DNA of 64,000 nucleotides from Phoronis australis (GCA_002633005.1 NMRA01000304.1:275200-339199); one strand, 5' to 3'; shown: positions 12,131-24,320, counted from the stretch's first letter. Notes: generated by a model not told the origin, from the letters alone. A program made the numbers and translations.

Positions 12131-14224
12131 TTGCGCCTGCCCCACTATCAACCAAATCTCTCTGAACATTGGCAACACTGCCAAGTGAAATCTGGGAGAA
12201 TTTTAGGGGGGTATGGCCCCCTTGCCCCCCATCTAAATCTGCCACTGTATCAGCTACATGGCAAACTCATGTTCGTCCCTCTACTGGGACATTTTTTCAA
12301 ATTAGCTAAACATGACGGCAACATCCCGTTAATCCCAACTTGTTCGATTCTATAGCCCAACAACAAGTTGGGAAGTTTACCCCCGTAGCCAATATCTTAC
12401 TCGACTGATTAACTCCATTCTGGCATTTATTGTTGGAGGGCCGGCGCGCTTTTGTTCGATAATTGCTCTAATCTCCAATCAGATCGCCATCTAGACTGAC
12501 TGGGCTGGGCTGATAAAAATGAAAGTTAAGTTATAACATATTTGAGCTTAAACCAAAAGCATTTCTGAATTCCTCGTCAAATGCTGACCATGTTCCGTTT
12601 TTGAATCACCAAAATCGCCCAACTGCAACAGAAGTTAAGATAATGTATTCGTCCAAACGGACGCACTGAGTTTGACTGTGTTCATATGCGTTCGGTAATA
12701 GCGTGCAACCACCATACGTTTCCTTTTAATCCTGGGAGATAATTGGCCTGCTTGTTATCATACGGAACAAAAGACTGAGCTGGGCAGTTAACAAAAGAGC
12801 CAGAATATTATCGCACGTTCAGCACCCCTCACGTCTGGAAAAGTTACTGAACGACAGAACGCTGTAATGTAAAGAAGTCCAGCCACTCGCACGACTTCGA
12901 TCAGGGGCGTCCTGAAATTCTTTCAAAAGCGGCCAGATGGTGAAATTGAGGACTCTTGTCCCCTCGATCCAAATGAGCTGTCCCGCTCAGCATGATATGG
13001 TCAATATTGACCACGCCCCTTGGACGACGTGGAATCACGTTAGTGGTCATTGAAATTATTGCATGGACTGGTCGCGATTTTATTGACAAGTCATCTGACT
13101 TGGGGGCTGCTATGCCCTAGCTATAGAGTAATATTGGAACGACCGGGGTCTTGGGTTGTGTCATCGGGGCGGACGGACCGCTAAATGTCGGATACTGGAC
13201 CAAAAACCACTCAGAATTCAGCTGAGTATCGCAGAGTATGATGACGAAACAGCAGTAATGGCGACTTTATACCAGATGGAGACGACCAGACAGATGAATT
13301 TGAGGGAGGTGAGTACTGTTGTGAGTTCCTCATGCGCACACCCAATTTAAGATGGGGGGCTCGAATTTTTCGGTTTGCGGAGCTTTTACTGAAAATTAAA
13401 ACCTGGCACTCAAGTAAAAAACGGGGTGCTACGTTCAGACGTGCATATTCCTGTGGACTTTCAGTTTGTCTCGTTTCTGACTTTTTGTTTCTCTGAGGCG
13501 GACCTTTTTGCCCACTTCGCCAAATGGGGGACTCGTTCGAGCTGGTGACGACTACTGAGTTGGTTGCCGTGACCATTGAGGAAAGTCGGGATATCGCTGC
13601 CCCCTGTTACCGAAACCGTCGCTGATTCGGCGACGAGTCTACATCATTTGACATTACCCGCCAAAATGAGTGGACTGGGTGCCGACAAACCATACAGATT
13701 TGGCTATCATCAGAACATCACATCTCTTAAAAGGTTGATGAGATTCAAATGAAACTTTCAGTAAGTTTGCTTTATACACTGTTCTCAACAACGCTGTTAG
13801 GATTTTTTAACTGTTTCGTTGCATGAAACGAAAATGAATTCAGATTGGTGTATCAGCTTTTGGAGAGTTGTCCTGAACGCCGTTTATTTGAAATTTGGTG
13901 ATGTTATTGATATCGTCATTTTGCTATCGATTTACTTTTTTGTTAAAATCTGCCAAAAGAGATCGAATGACAAATTCATGGAGGATTGGTGAAAAGCCGA
14001 AAAGCAAGTACTAGTACTACAGGCTATCCACTTTTAGAAAATATATACTTAATAAGTTATTTCAGATCTAAAGTTTTGCGGGTACTTGACTAAATACAAA
14101 ACTCGTCAATCAGGTCCTGCATATTTTTTACGAAATGCTGAACCCTTGAGAAGAGTTCCTTGAAACCTCAGCGACTGTTGCCTAAAACTTTATCAAGTGT
14201 GTTTTCGATAGATCTGGATTCAGT

Positions 14225-14430
14225 TTAGCGTCTGGTCCCGAGTTAAACCTGGTCTTCCTAAACCTGATCTAACTTCAGACCTAACTTACATTTCACCGAC
14301 ATGGTTTAAAAGTCTGAGAGCCTGTTTTTGTGAGACCATGAAGCGGGTTTAGTAAAACTGGGTTTAAAGTATCCAAGCCACCCAACTGTGTTGATCCGGA
14401 TTAACCCAACAAAGAAACTATTGAAGTGCT
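14225..14430. mobile_element. Harbinger-like MITE relics rich in AAACCTGG motifs
   Basis: Repeated TTAAACCTGG/AAACTGGG motifs. Blocks CATTTCACCGACA and CATGAAGCGGGTTTA are inverted relatives of 15615-15845. Confidence 0.45.
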
Positions 14431-14865
14431 TCAATGAAACCTTGATCACGTGGGTACACAATGGCACACAGCAGTAGAATCAGTGCAGACATTTGCGAAA
14501 AAGGGGTAAAAGCGTTTCTCACGAGGAAAAATGCTCCCTCCTATAACTGATCAGAGAAAAAACCAATGTGATAGTCGAGAACAAGAAAATTGGTGCCAAA
14601 CCAAATCAACGTAAGCACCAGTCTTGGAGGATATTGATCCAGAATAAAGGCCAGAAAGAAAATTTCATCAGAGAAAAAATGCAAAAAAACGGCAAGGGAC
14701 CCAGTGGCAGATGTAGGATTTTATGAAGAGATATTTTTCATTTTGTATCGTCTGTGTTCAACACAAGTATACACATTAAAGTACTTGTGTACAATTAACC
14801 GCAACATAGCAAATGCACACTTTTATTTCCGTGTCATTTTACTTTTTTGTGGCCAAAGGAGGGCA

Positions 14866-15020
14866 CAGGGGCGGATCCAGGATTATGAGTTAGGGGGGCC
14901 AGGGCAGAGTATTAGCCAAGATTTTGCCCGTCTGACATTCGCATCCTCGAACTGCCAAATGGAATCTGGGAGAATTTTTTGGGGGCATGGCCCCCTTGGC
15001 CCCCTCTAAATCCGCCACTG
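14866..15020. mobile_element. Short MITE with CAGKGGCGGAT terminal inverted repeats and 5-bp TSD
   Basis: CAGGGGCGGATC ... AATCCGCCACTG, flanked by GGGCA at 14861-14865 and 15021-15025. Related fragments at 12170-12247, 14702 and 24272. Confidence 0.8.
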
Positions 15021-15614
15021 GGGCAGGATCCCTGCCTGGTAACCTTATGTAGGGACCAATTGAGATGGAAGTCAGCCAGAATAATCATTAGATGCCTTTT
15101 TAGTCATACGCGTAGCGCTTGTGACGATGACGCTCTGCTTGAACCGTCATATTCTGAGAAAATACGAAGGAAACCCTTCAGTACGTACTGGTCGACGTAT
15201 AGGATGATTGAGGGGTTCAAGAGGTCCGGACCCCTTTTTTCCTTTGATTTTAGTGATATCAAATCTATAATTTTCAAACTGTTGACCCAGGCCCTCCTTC
15301 TAAAAATCCTTGAACCGACCCCCCCCCCCTTTAAAAATTCTCGGTCCCCCCTTTTACGTTTGATCTTTTTTTAATGTTTATTTCGAAATCTTCAATGCAA
15401 TGAATATACATAACCCAGAAAGCGCCAAGAGGCATTACATCTGGGTTAAAAAATATATACAAAGAAATCTATACAATTATTACGTTTGATCTTGTGTCGT
15501 CCTAAAACTGAATATTGAAAATAGTCCGTTCTCAATCTAAAACTGCGTCGTAAATGCACACCACAGCGTCATTCAGTTGCCCTTATATCATACAAGTCTG
15601 CCATATTTAATAGT

Positions 15615-15845
15615 ATAAACCTGGGTTTGACCAAGTCTAAAGTTAAACCTGGTTCAAGATCTTAATACAGATCTAAGTAATACCTTGTTGGTGAAATGAA
15701 AACTGACTTAGACCAGGTCTAAACGGGAGTTAAACCAGGTTTTACTGAACCACTGGTCTAGAAGTTAAATCAGCTTCATGAAATGCACATTTCTTTAAAC
15801 CTAGTCTAAGTCTAGTTTAAACCAGGTTTAAGTTTAAACCACTGA
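15615..15845. mobile_element. Harbinger-like MITE relics (palindromic AAACCWGGTTT repeats)
   Basis: Multiple TTAAACCWGGT motifs; same family as 14225-14430. Confidence 0.45.
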
Positions 15846-16084
15846 AATCGGCTGGAAATGTTTTAAGCGAACGAGACCGCTGGGAGCAATGGTTAAATTT
15901 TGTACTCATAAGCAATATAGTTTTGTACCAATAAAGTGCACGACGTATTACGACAATGAATATATTTGATAAATACTCCTGTGTTATGCAGCTAGCTGGA
16001 TGGCTAGATGCATGGTTACAGATTAACACAAGCAGGTTTCAATAGATCTACTAGACTTTTTAAAACTCCGGGCCGTTGAGGTAA

Positions 16085-19000
16085 TCAGTCTTCTGTTTTC
16101 GGAACGCCACAACAGAAAAGACTCCGACAAACTTCTAAGAAGCCATTATTCCTTGATTTTTTTCCTTTAGAGCGTATCCGCTTAATTTGTCGCCAAGACG
16201 TTTGCTTGGTTTCCGGTTGGCTGTCCGTAACCACGTCGAAGGCATTGTTACTCTGCGTCTCTTTCATCTTTGTAACGCCAGAGTACCCAGAACCGTTGTC
16301 CTCTTGCTCAATAACTGGCACGACGCATTTGTTATAACATTCGTCATTTATGAATGATTGATCGTCATATTCTTCTTCCGAGGAAGTGGACATCGTGTCT
16401 TCTAAATCTATGAATGGTTTGAGTGTCCTGTCACCTTCTACAGATGAAACGGATTGCGTGTCCTCGAAATCTAAGACTGGTTTGAGTGTCCTGTTCTCTA
16501 CGTTTATAGTATCAGTAACGAGCGGTCTTATCGGGAGTTCGGACAGGATGGGAATAGAAGGACCCAATTCAGTGGTATGGTCATCCAAACTTATGACGTC
16601 ATTTTTTGGCAGTTTTGTTGATTCAAGTAAAGGCGATTGCTTGGTTTCCGGTTGCCTGTCCGTAGCCACGTCGAAGGCATTGTTACTCTGCGTCTCTTTC
16701 ATGTTTGTAATACCAGAGTACCCAGAACCGTTGTCCTCTTCACTATACTCGTCGAACGTAAAAAAATGGTGGACGACTTGTTCAATAACTGGCACGAAGC
16801 ATTTGTTATAACATTCGTCATTTATTAATGATTGATCGTCATATTCTTCTTCCGAGGAAGTGGACATCGTGTCTTCTAAATCTATGAATGGTTTGAGTGT
16901 CCTGTCACCTTCTACAGATGAAACGGATTGCGTGTCCTCGAAATCTAAGACTGGTTTGAGTGTCCTGTTCTCTACGTTTATAGTATCAGTAACGAGCGGT
17001 CTTATCGGGAGTTCGGACAGGATGGGAATAGAAGGACCCAATTCAGTGGTATGGTCATCCAAACTTATGACGTCATTTTTTGGCAGTTTTGTTGATTCAA
17101 GTAAAGGCGATTGCTTGGTTTCCGGTTGCCTGTCCGTAGCCACGTCGAAGGCATTGTTACTCTGCGTCTCTTTCATGTTTGTAATACCAGAGTACCCAGA
17201 ACCGTTGTCCTCTTCACTATACTCGTCGAACGTAAAAAAATGGTGGACGACTTGTTCAATAACTGGCACGAAGCATTTGTTATAACATTCGTCATTTATT
17301 AATGATTGATCGTCATATTCTTCTTCCGAGGAAGTGGACATCGTGTCTTCTAAATCTATGAATGGTTTGAGTGTCCTGTCACCTTCTACAGATGAAACGG
17401 ATTGCGTGTCCTCGAAATCTAAGACTGGTTTGAGTGTCCTGTTCTCTACGTTTATAGTATCAGTAACGAGCGGTCTTATCGGGAGTTCGGACAGGATGGG
17501 AATAGAAGGACCCAATTCAGTGGTATGGTCATCCAAACTTATGACGTCATTTTTTGGCAGTTTTGTTGATTCAAGTAAAGGCGATTGCTTGGTTTCCGGT
17601 TGCCTGTCCGTAGCCACGTCGAAGGCATTGTTACTCTGCGTCTCTTTCATGTTTGTAATACCAGAGTACCCAGAACCGTTGTCCTCTTCACTATACTCGT
17701 CGAACGTAAAAAAATGGTGGACGACTTGTTCAATAACTGGCACGAAGCATTTGTTATAACATTCGTCATTTATTAATGATTGATCGTCATATTCTTCTTC
17801 CGAGGAAGTGGACATCGTGTCTTCTAAATCTATGAATGGTTTGAGTGTCCTGTCACCNTCTGCGTGTATAGTCTCTGAGATATCAGTAACGGGCGGTCTT
17901 ATCCGGAGTTTGCACAGGATGGGGATAGCAGGGCCCAATTCAGTGGGATGGTCATCCAAACTAATGACTGCATCTTTTGGCAGTTTTGTTGATTCAAGTA
18001 AAGGCGATTGATTGGTTTCCGGTTGGCTATCCGTAACCTCGGCGAAGGCATTGTTACCCTGCGTCTCTTTCATGTTTGTAACGCCAGAGTACCCAGAAAA
18101 GTTGTCCTCTTCACTATTCTCGTCGAACCTAAAAAGTTGTTGGACGACTTGCCCAATAACTGGTACGACGCATTTGTTATAACATTCGTCACTTATTAAT
18201 GATTGATCGTCATATTCTTCTTCAGAGGAAGTGGACATCGTGTCTTCTAAATCTAGGAATGGTTTGAGTGTCCCGTCATCTTCTACAGATGAAATGGATT
18301 GCTTGTCCTCTAGATCTAAGACTGGTTCGAGTGTCCTGTTCTCTACGTGTATAGTATCAGTAATGAGCGGTCTTGTCGGGAGTTCGGACAGGATGGGGAT
18401 AGAAGGGCCTAATTCAGTGGGATGGTCATCCAAACTTATGACGTCATCTTTTGGCGGTTTTGTTGATTCAAGTAAAGATGATTGCTTGGTTTCTGGTTGC
18501 CTGTCCGTAGCCACGTCGAAGGCATTGTTACTCTGCGTCTCTTTCATGTTTGTAATGCCAGAGTACCCAGAACCGTTGTCCTCTTCACTATACTCGTCGA
18601 ACGTAAAAAAATGGTGGACGACTTGCTCAATAACTGGCACGACGCATTTGTTATAACATTCGTCATTTATGAATGATTGATCGTCATATTCTTCTTCAGA
18701 GGAAGTGGACATCGTGTCTTCTAAATCTAGGAGTGCTGTGAGTGCCCCGTCATCTTCTACAGATGAAATGGATTGGGTGTCCTCTAGGTCTAAGACTGGT
18801 TTGCGATTCCCGTCATCTTCTTCCAGAGAGGAAGTGGTTAGCTCTTCCTCTAGATCTAGGACTGGTTTGAGTGTCCCATCATCTTCTACAGAGAAGGTGT
18901 ATATTGTGTCCTCTAGATCTAGGACAGGTTGGAGTGTCCTGTTCTCTACGTGTATAGTCTTTGAGATATCAGTAACGGGCGGTCTTATCCGGAGTTTGCA

Positions 19001-20581
19001 CAGGATGGGGATAGGAGGGCCCAATTCATCTTCTTCCAGAGAGGAAGTGGTTAGCTCTTCCTCTAAATCTATGACAGGTTTGAATGTATCGTTATCTCCT
19101 ACAGAGGAAGTGGATTGCACGACTTTTAGACCTAAGATTGATTTGAGCGCCCCGCCGGCATCTTCCACAGAGGAAGTGGGAAGTGTGTCCTTTAGATCTA
19201 AGATTGGTTTGGGTGTCCCGTCAGCTTCTACAGAGGAAGAGAATAGTGCGTCCTCTAGATCTAGGACTGGTTTGAGTGTCCTGTTCTCTATGTGTATAGT
19301 CTCTGAGATAACAGTAACGGGCGGTCTTATCGGGAGTTCGGACAGGATGGGGATAGAAGGGCCCAATTCAGTGGGTTGGTCATCCAGACTTATGACGTCA
19401 TCTTTTAGCGGTTTTATGGATTCAAGTAAAGCGAGCAGAGCCTGTTTGGCATCCCCCCGGTTAGCCATTTGAACTGATTCATGGTCTTTGCGTTCCACTG
19501 CCGGGATGACATCTCTATGAAGTCTGTTCGTCCCAAGCGTCTCGGACATTTCACTCGTCAAGCCTTTATCACTGAAGCCAAGCTCTTTGACAACAATGTT
19601 TTTGGTACACTCCAACGTTCCAGAGACCGTTCCATTGACATTCAGAGCAGCCTTTTCACTCGTATAACATTCTTGAGTACCATAGTGAGCCTCCTCTTCA
19701 AAATCAGTATTTATTGAGCGATCAATTGTGTCAGGCATGACCCCTCTCTGCCCCTCGTCGACGCCTTGGGCTGGTTTAAGTGCCCCATCCTCTTTACACG
19801 TGTTCTCGAAATTCTTGGTATCAGTAATGGGCGGAAGTATTGGGAATTCGGACATGACGGGAATGGGAGCTGTCATTTCAGTGGACTGGTCTAAGATAGT
19901 CGGGACATAATCTTCTTGAGGCGGCTTTATTGACTCGATCAGGTCAAGCAGCGCCTGTTTAGCATCTTTCCCTTTAAATGTTGGGGTGGATGCATGCCGA
20001 TGGTCAACCATTGCTAGGATGTCATGTGGGACTTTTTCACTATCAGCAATCAGGGCCGTGGCATCTTTGTCGTCAACCGTTTTAGTCCATTCCTGCTCTT
20101 GGACTTCTGCGGTCGAGATTTGATCGCAATGTTCTTTGTGTGCGTCAAACGTTAGAGACACTTCAGTCAACAAAACCGTCTCATTGAGAGGAAGCTCCTT
20201 TACAGTCCCATCGTTTTGAGGAGCGAACGATGCAGAAATTACACCCGTGACACCCATTGTCACTTCGTTGTTATCATGACAACATCGGGCGTCCTGGTGA
20301 ACGTCCTTTTCAGCATTCACGGGGCAATTAATTTTGTTAGGTCGGACCTCGGTGTCAAACCTGTTGTTGTCATTGTCTTGGTAGGCAAATTTATCGCCAC
20401 CTTCCACGACGAACTTGTGGAGCGAACAACAAATCAAGTCTTTAAATGCAGCTTCATTTTTCTTAACACTGTACCAAATACAGCTAATAAAAAGCAAGAA
20501 ATACTCACAAAATATTTTCCAAACCTTTACAAGCATCTTTGACATTTGAAAAATCATCTTGAAGCAAACTACGAATAGCAT
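16085..20581 (-). CDS. Uncharacterised intronless acidic repeat protein (1498 aa as assembled)
   Basis: 4.5-kb stop-free frame, with about 350 non-repetitive N-terminal codons also open. Very Asp/Glu/Ser/Thr-rich, with 21-aa and 158-aa repeats. Hydrophobic N-terminal stretch and a basic/Cys C-terminus. One N at 17858. Confidence 0.8.
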   Translation of the reverse strand: MLFVVCFKMIFQMSKMLVKVWKIFCEYFLLFISCIWYSVKKNEAAFKDLICCSLHKFVVEGGDKFAYQDNDNNRFDTEVRPNKINCPVNAEKDVHQDARCCHDNNEVTMGVTGVISASFAPQNDGTVKELPLNETVLLTEVSLTFDAHKEHCDQISTAEVQEQEWTKTVDDKDATALIADSEKVPHDILAMVDHRHASTPTFKGKDAKQALLDLIESIKPPQEDYVPTILDQSTEMTAPIPVMSEFPILPPITDTKNFENTCKEDGALKPAQGVDEGQRGVMPDTIDRSINTDFEEEAHYGTQECYTSEKAALNVNGTVSGTLECTKNIVVKELGFSDKGLTSEMSETLGTNRLHRDVIPAVERKDHESVQMANRGDAKQALLALLESIKPLKDDVISLDDQPTELGPSIPILSELPIRPPVTVISETIHIENRTLKPVLDLEDALFSSSVEADGTPKPILDLKDTLPTSSVEDAGGALKSILGLKVVQSTSSVGDNDTFKPVIDLEEELTTSSLEEDELGPPIPILCKLRIRPPVTDISKTIHVENRTLQPVLDLEDTIYTFSVEDDGTLKPVLDLEEELTTSSLEEDDGNRKPVLDLEDTQSISSVEDDGALTALLDLEDTMSTSSEEEYDDQSFINDECYNKCVVPVIEQVVHHFFTFDEYSEEDNGSGYSGITNMKETQSNNAFDVATDRQPETKQSSLLESTKPPKDDVISLDDHPTELGPSIPILSELPTRPLITDTIHVENRTLEPVLDLEDKQSISSVEDDGTLKPFLDLEDTMSTSSEEEYDDQSLISDECYNKCVVPVIGQVVQQLFRFDENSEEDNFSGYSGVTNMKETQGNNAFAEVTDSQPETNQSPLLESTKLPKDAVISLDDHPTELGPAIPILCKLRIRPPVTDISETIHAXGDRTLKPFIDLEDTMSTSSEEEYDDQSLINDECYNKCFVPVIEQVVHHFFTFDEYSEEDNGSGYSGITNMKETQSNNAFDVATDRQPETKQSPLLESTKLPKNDVISLDDHTTELGPSIPILSELPIRPLVTDTINVENRTLKPVLDFEDTQSVSSVEGDRTLKPFIDLEDTMSTSSEEEYDDQSLINDECYNKCFVPVIEQVVHHFFTFDEYSEEDNGSGYSGITNMKETQSNNAFDVATDRQPETKQSPLLESTKLPKNDVISLDDHTTELGPSIPILSELPIRPLVTDTINVENRTLKPVLDFEDTQSVSSVEGDRTLKPFIDLEDTMSTSSEEEYDDQSLINDECYNKCFVPVIEQVVHHFFTFDEYSEEDNGSGYSGITNMKETQSNNAFDVATDRQPETKQSPLLESTKLPKNDVISLDDHTTELGPSIPILSELPIRPLVTDTINVENRTLKPVLDFEDTQSVSSVEGDRTLKPFIDLEDTMSTSSEEEYDDQSFINDECYNKCVVPVIEQEDNGSGYSGVTKMKETQSNNAFDVVTDSQPETKQTSWRQIKRIRSKGKKSRNNGFLEVCRSLFCCGVPKTED
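16200..18800. repeat. 474-bp coding tandem repeat (about 5.5 copies, three essentially identical)
   Basis: Homologous points at 16386, 16860, 17334, 17808, 18231 and 18705 (spacings 474, 474, 474, 423, 474). Confidence 0.95.
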
Positions 20582-21779
20582 ACGTCATCAATCATGGTAC
20601 GTCACAAATTAAAAGCGTCAGTCACTGGCACTTACCTGTGTCTCATGAGTAACTTGATCGAGTGCTGTTAAAGCTTCCATTAATTTACGTCTTTAGTAAA
20701 AGTTGACATTTGTAGAAAAAATAAGACTTCTTCGGTCTGTGTTAGTGAAATATCTTCAAGTCCATGGATTTGACTCTAAAAGTGGAAAGCCTACAGAATT
20801 TGGTTTTTGGCTTTGTGATACTTTGTGGTTAATTGTGTCATGTGACCCTGTCAGAAGTACATCGGTAGCAAAACAATGTCATCAACAACATGACAAAATT
20901 TCATTTGATATAAATGATCAAGATGAAAACTCAAAATCGGTATTACGGTTTCGTAAATTATTATTTCGTTTTCGATTTATCCAACTTCTGTTTTTTTCAT
21001 GAAAATCATAAAAGTCCTATTTTAATAGCCCATCATGCGAAATTGGATCATTTTAAAAACAATTCCTAAACAGGTTCGTAGCCATGGGGGGAGGGGAGGT
21101 TCGGGGGGGGGGGGGGNACCCGGCCAACTCAACCCGAGTAGTGTTTGCGTAGACGATAGGATCTGCGGTTGTTTAGAGGAGGCTTCATGTTATCCATCGG
21201 CATTGAACGTGCGTGGTAGCTACACCATAGGCAGGGTAACTAGGGAATATCTAGAAGTAAATGTCTATACCTAGCTTAGCCATATATTGAGAGAGCTCCT
21301 AAATGAAAAAGTAGTGCTGTGCGAATGCCTTGAAATCGACCAAGAAACAAAACAGCACAAAATAGATTTGTTATCTGCTATTTTGGTGTACTTGTACGGT
21401 ACGGTAAAGTGCAAGCATTTTCAAATTTCGGATTGAAAATGGTCGTCAAGTACAGTATTTATGTTGTTCATCCAGTGTCCAATTTGATTGTGTATTGGCA
21501 CGTGTGCGCGTTTCCGTCATGGTCACTCCGAAGATAAGTTTACTATAGGCAGTCCTTCGTTGTTGCTCAAAACAGACATTTAACTACCGTGTTTTCTTGC
21601 ACTGAGAAATCATCTACCAGTATGTTCACATAAAAGGGAAAAGTAGGTCTAGACGTAATAAAAATTTTAGTCAGTGAAGAAAGTCTTCTCTTGTCAATCA
21701 GTGTCAGTGGTGCACAGTCTCGTGGACTTCATATACGAGCAACGAACTTGATGGAAAAGATTTCCAAGGTTTCATATCA

Positions 21780-21900
21780 CTATTCCGAAGGTCCAATATT
21801 CCGAAGGTTTGCTGCGCCGAAGGTTCGCTACCTTCGAAACTTTACTAATTTGAATGTCCACAATTCCGAAGCCAGAACTCCGACAGTTCATTACTCTGAC
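21780..21900. repeat. Short degenerate TATTCCGAAGG motif array (transposon relic)
   Basis: TTCCGAAG-like motif repeated about six times at roughly 17-bp spacing. Confidence 0.5.
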
Positions 21901-22631
21901 TGTCTCAGTGCTATTAATGAGTCATGACTGGCATGGATAAAGTATTGTATTTATGTCCATTTAGTACCCATTTAAAGGGTGCGCAAGAATTGCATAGTTC
22001 TTAAAACATTGACTAGGCCTACATTGTTTATGAATGGGCTAAGTTCCAATCATTGCCAGTCGTACTTAAATCTGACTTACGACTCGTTCTCAAGCAGGGA
22101 CAACATCAGGGAACGGGTCCGGGATGCGGCGACAAGGAGGTTTAAGGCTGAATGGAACTATCCGACTTTGTGAAGACTGGCAGGGACGGGGTAGCCTACT
22201 AACTACATTTTATTTCGACCCTGCCGTGCGCCTGGTTCCGGTGGGTGAAGTTGAGTGCGTTGTGAAATGGCGCGATCTTGACATGCATTTGACGAATGTA
22301 TCGCGGTTGATAATTCGTCAATATTCCTACTTCTTATACTTTTAAAAATACAGGGTCGTGCTCATTTTCCGTATTCCTACATGCGGGCAATTTTGCATGC
22401 GCAAAAAATTCAAACAAAGTGTTTTCGGTGTATGTACACCAATCAGTACATCTGATGACCGAGGTATCGTATATTCTTGCATGTTAGAGTATAAAAATTA
22501 CACCTGAGTCAGAAATTTTAGATTTTCGGAGTAGTGATCGCTAGTCTGAGTAGCCTTCGAAGTAGTGAACCCTCGGAATTGTGGGATGCTCCCATTTCCT
22601 ACGATGTAAGCAACTTACGTAACACGCTATA

Positions 22632-22881
22632 CATGCGCGCACCGGGGAGGGGTTGGGCTCGGGGGCTGAAATGAGCCCCCCCCCCTTAATTGGCGAAATG
22701 GGCAAAAAGGTCCGCCTCAGAAAAACAAAAAGTCCGAGAAAACGAGACAAACGTCCACTAAAAAGGCGCAGACACAAAGTTCTGAAGGTGGTACCCCGTT
22801 TTTTAGTCCTGCCGCTCTTTTAGCAAAAGGTCCACATCGCAGAAATTCGAGCCCCCATATTAAAGGCTGGGTGCGCGCATG
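22632..22881. mobile_element. MITE with CATGCGCGCACC terminal inverted repeats
   Basis: CATGCGCGCACC at 22632 and GGTGCGCGCATG ending at 22881; G/C-run subtermini. Confidence 0.7.
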
Positions 22882-24320
22882 CAGTATAATACAACCAGAT
22901 AAAAATTCAGTCAAGTCATTTTTCAACTAAATATTTCCGTCTGAGTACGTAACGAGGTGTAATCACTAATTTAAGCAGGCCTGATTTGAAAGTTTGGCAG
23001 GAGCTAGGTAACTCGAGAACGACCACATGGACCACATTACATCCGAATTTGAGTTCCGTTCTTTATAGTGTCGACGGCTGCAAAATATCAAAGGTCCACC
23101 GTTCTGCGGGCCTGCTAAAACGTGAGGAACATTTTATGAGGCAAAGTGTCCGAAAGTTTCGTATGAATTTGATCTGTCATTTCTAAGTCATAATATTCCG
23201 AAATTTGACAAATTTTTGTAGGGTTCTACATAGTCGTAACACCCTGAAGGGGCGGTACACAAGTCTCTCTGTTGCTCAGGCCAGTTGGGACATAACGGCA
23301 CAGGAAAAGCAGTTGTAATTTAGTTTTTGTAATCCGCAGTGTCTAAAACAGTAGGAGAGAACGTTGCTACGAACAGGCATTGGTCATAACTTACACACAT
23401 CTCTGTTTCCTTATCCCCAAACAAAAGGCGCCAGTCAAATGTCTTCCACCCATCATAGGGTGGGAAACTTGGAAATAACAATTTTTTCTTTATGATTCAA
23501 AAACTCTCGTTTATTTGGCGTAATAAATACTTATTTAGATTTTATGGTATTCATTTCATAATAGCAAACTGAAAGATCAAAATCTCAAAAATGTGTGATG
23601 GGAGGTAGTGACATAGTAGGTGGTGGGAACGTTTTAAGCTCTTGAGTGCAGTGATAAAACAGTCACCGATTTACTGCATAGAAAGGGCGTCCAGGTCTTC
23701 TGTTTGGCTTTATGTTACTAAGCTTTTTCAAAACTGACCACACGTGTGAAAGTTGCAAAAAAGAGAAAATCGGATGTCGACGTCTACGGTCTTTTTCAGC
23801 ATTGAAATTGCTCCAGCGAAGTACTCTGCTGATGTCTCAATGATCTCGCCCAAAAGGAATTGTGATCTTGTTGCTCCTTCATTTTAAGCTGGAAATTGCA
23901 TAACTCCTCGAAAAAAGCATTCAGAACAGATAACGGTGTTTTGTGAACATCAAGTACTGACGTAATTGTTATTATTAGTTCATTTGGTAATATTACATAA
24001 TAACAATAAGAACGAGGTACAGTTAAGAAATTTAAAAAATAATTATGTATGAATAACACCAAAAGGTTAAAAACTTATTTCTGTGATGGTCCATAAACAA
24101 ATTAAGAAATTAAGGAAAACAAATATTACAAAGAAATAATAAATCGTGAATAATTATACAAGAGGAATGAGAGATGTGAAAGAAACTAGCTATTGGTGAA
24201 AATGAGCCGAAACTGAAGACTAGCTAGGATGAAGTTACATGGTTGATGACAAATCAATTGATAATTAAATACAGGGGAGGATCCAGAATGATTTTGAGTT
24301 GGGGGGGGGGGGGCAGGGCA

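Noticed and set aside
16386-19472. Repeated plus-strand ORFs (141, 63 and 255 aa)
   Set aside because: Antisense shadows of the repetitive acidic ORF; Ser-rich mirror of Glu/Asp codons.
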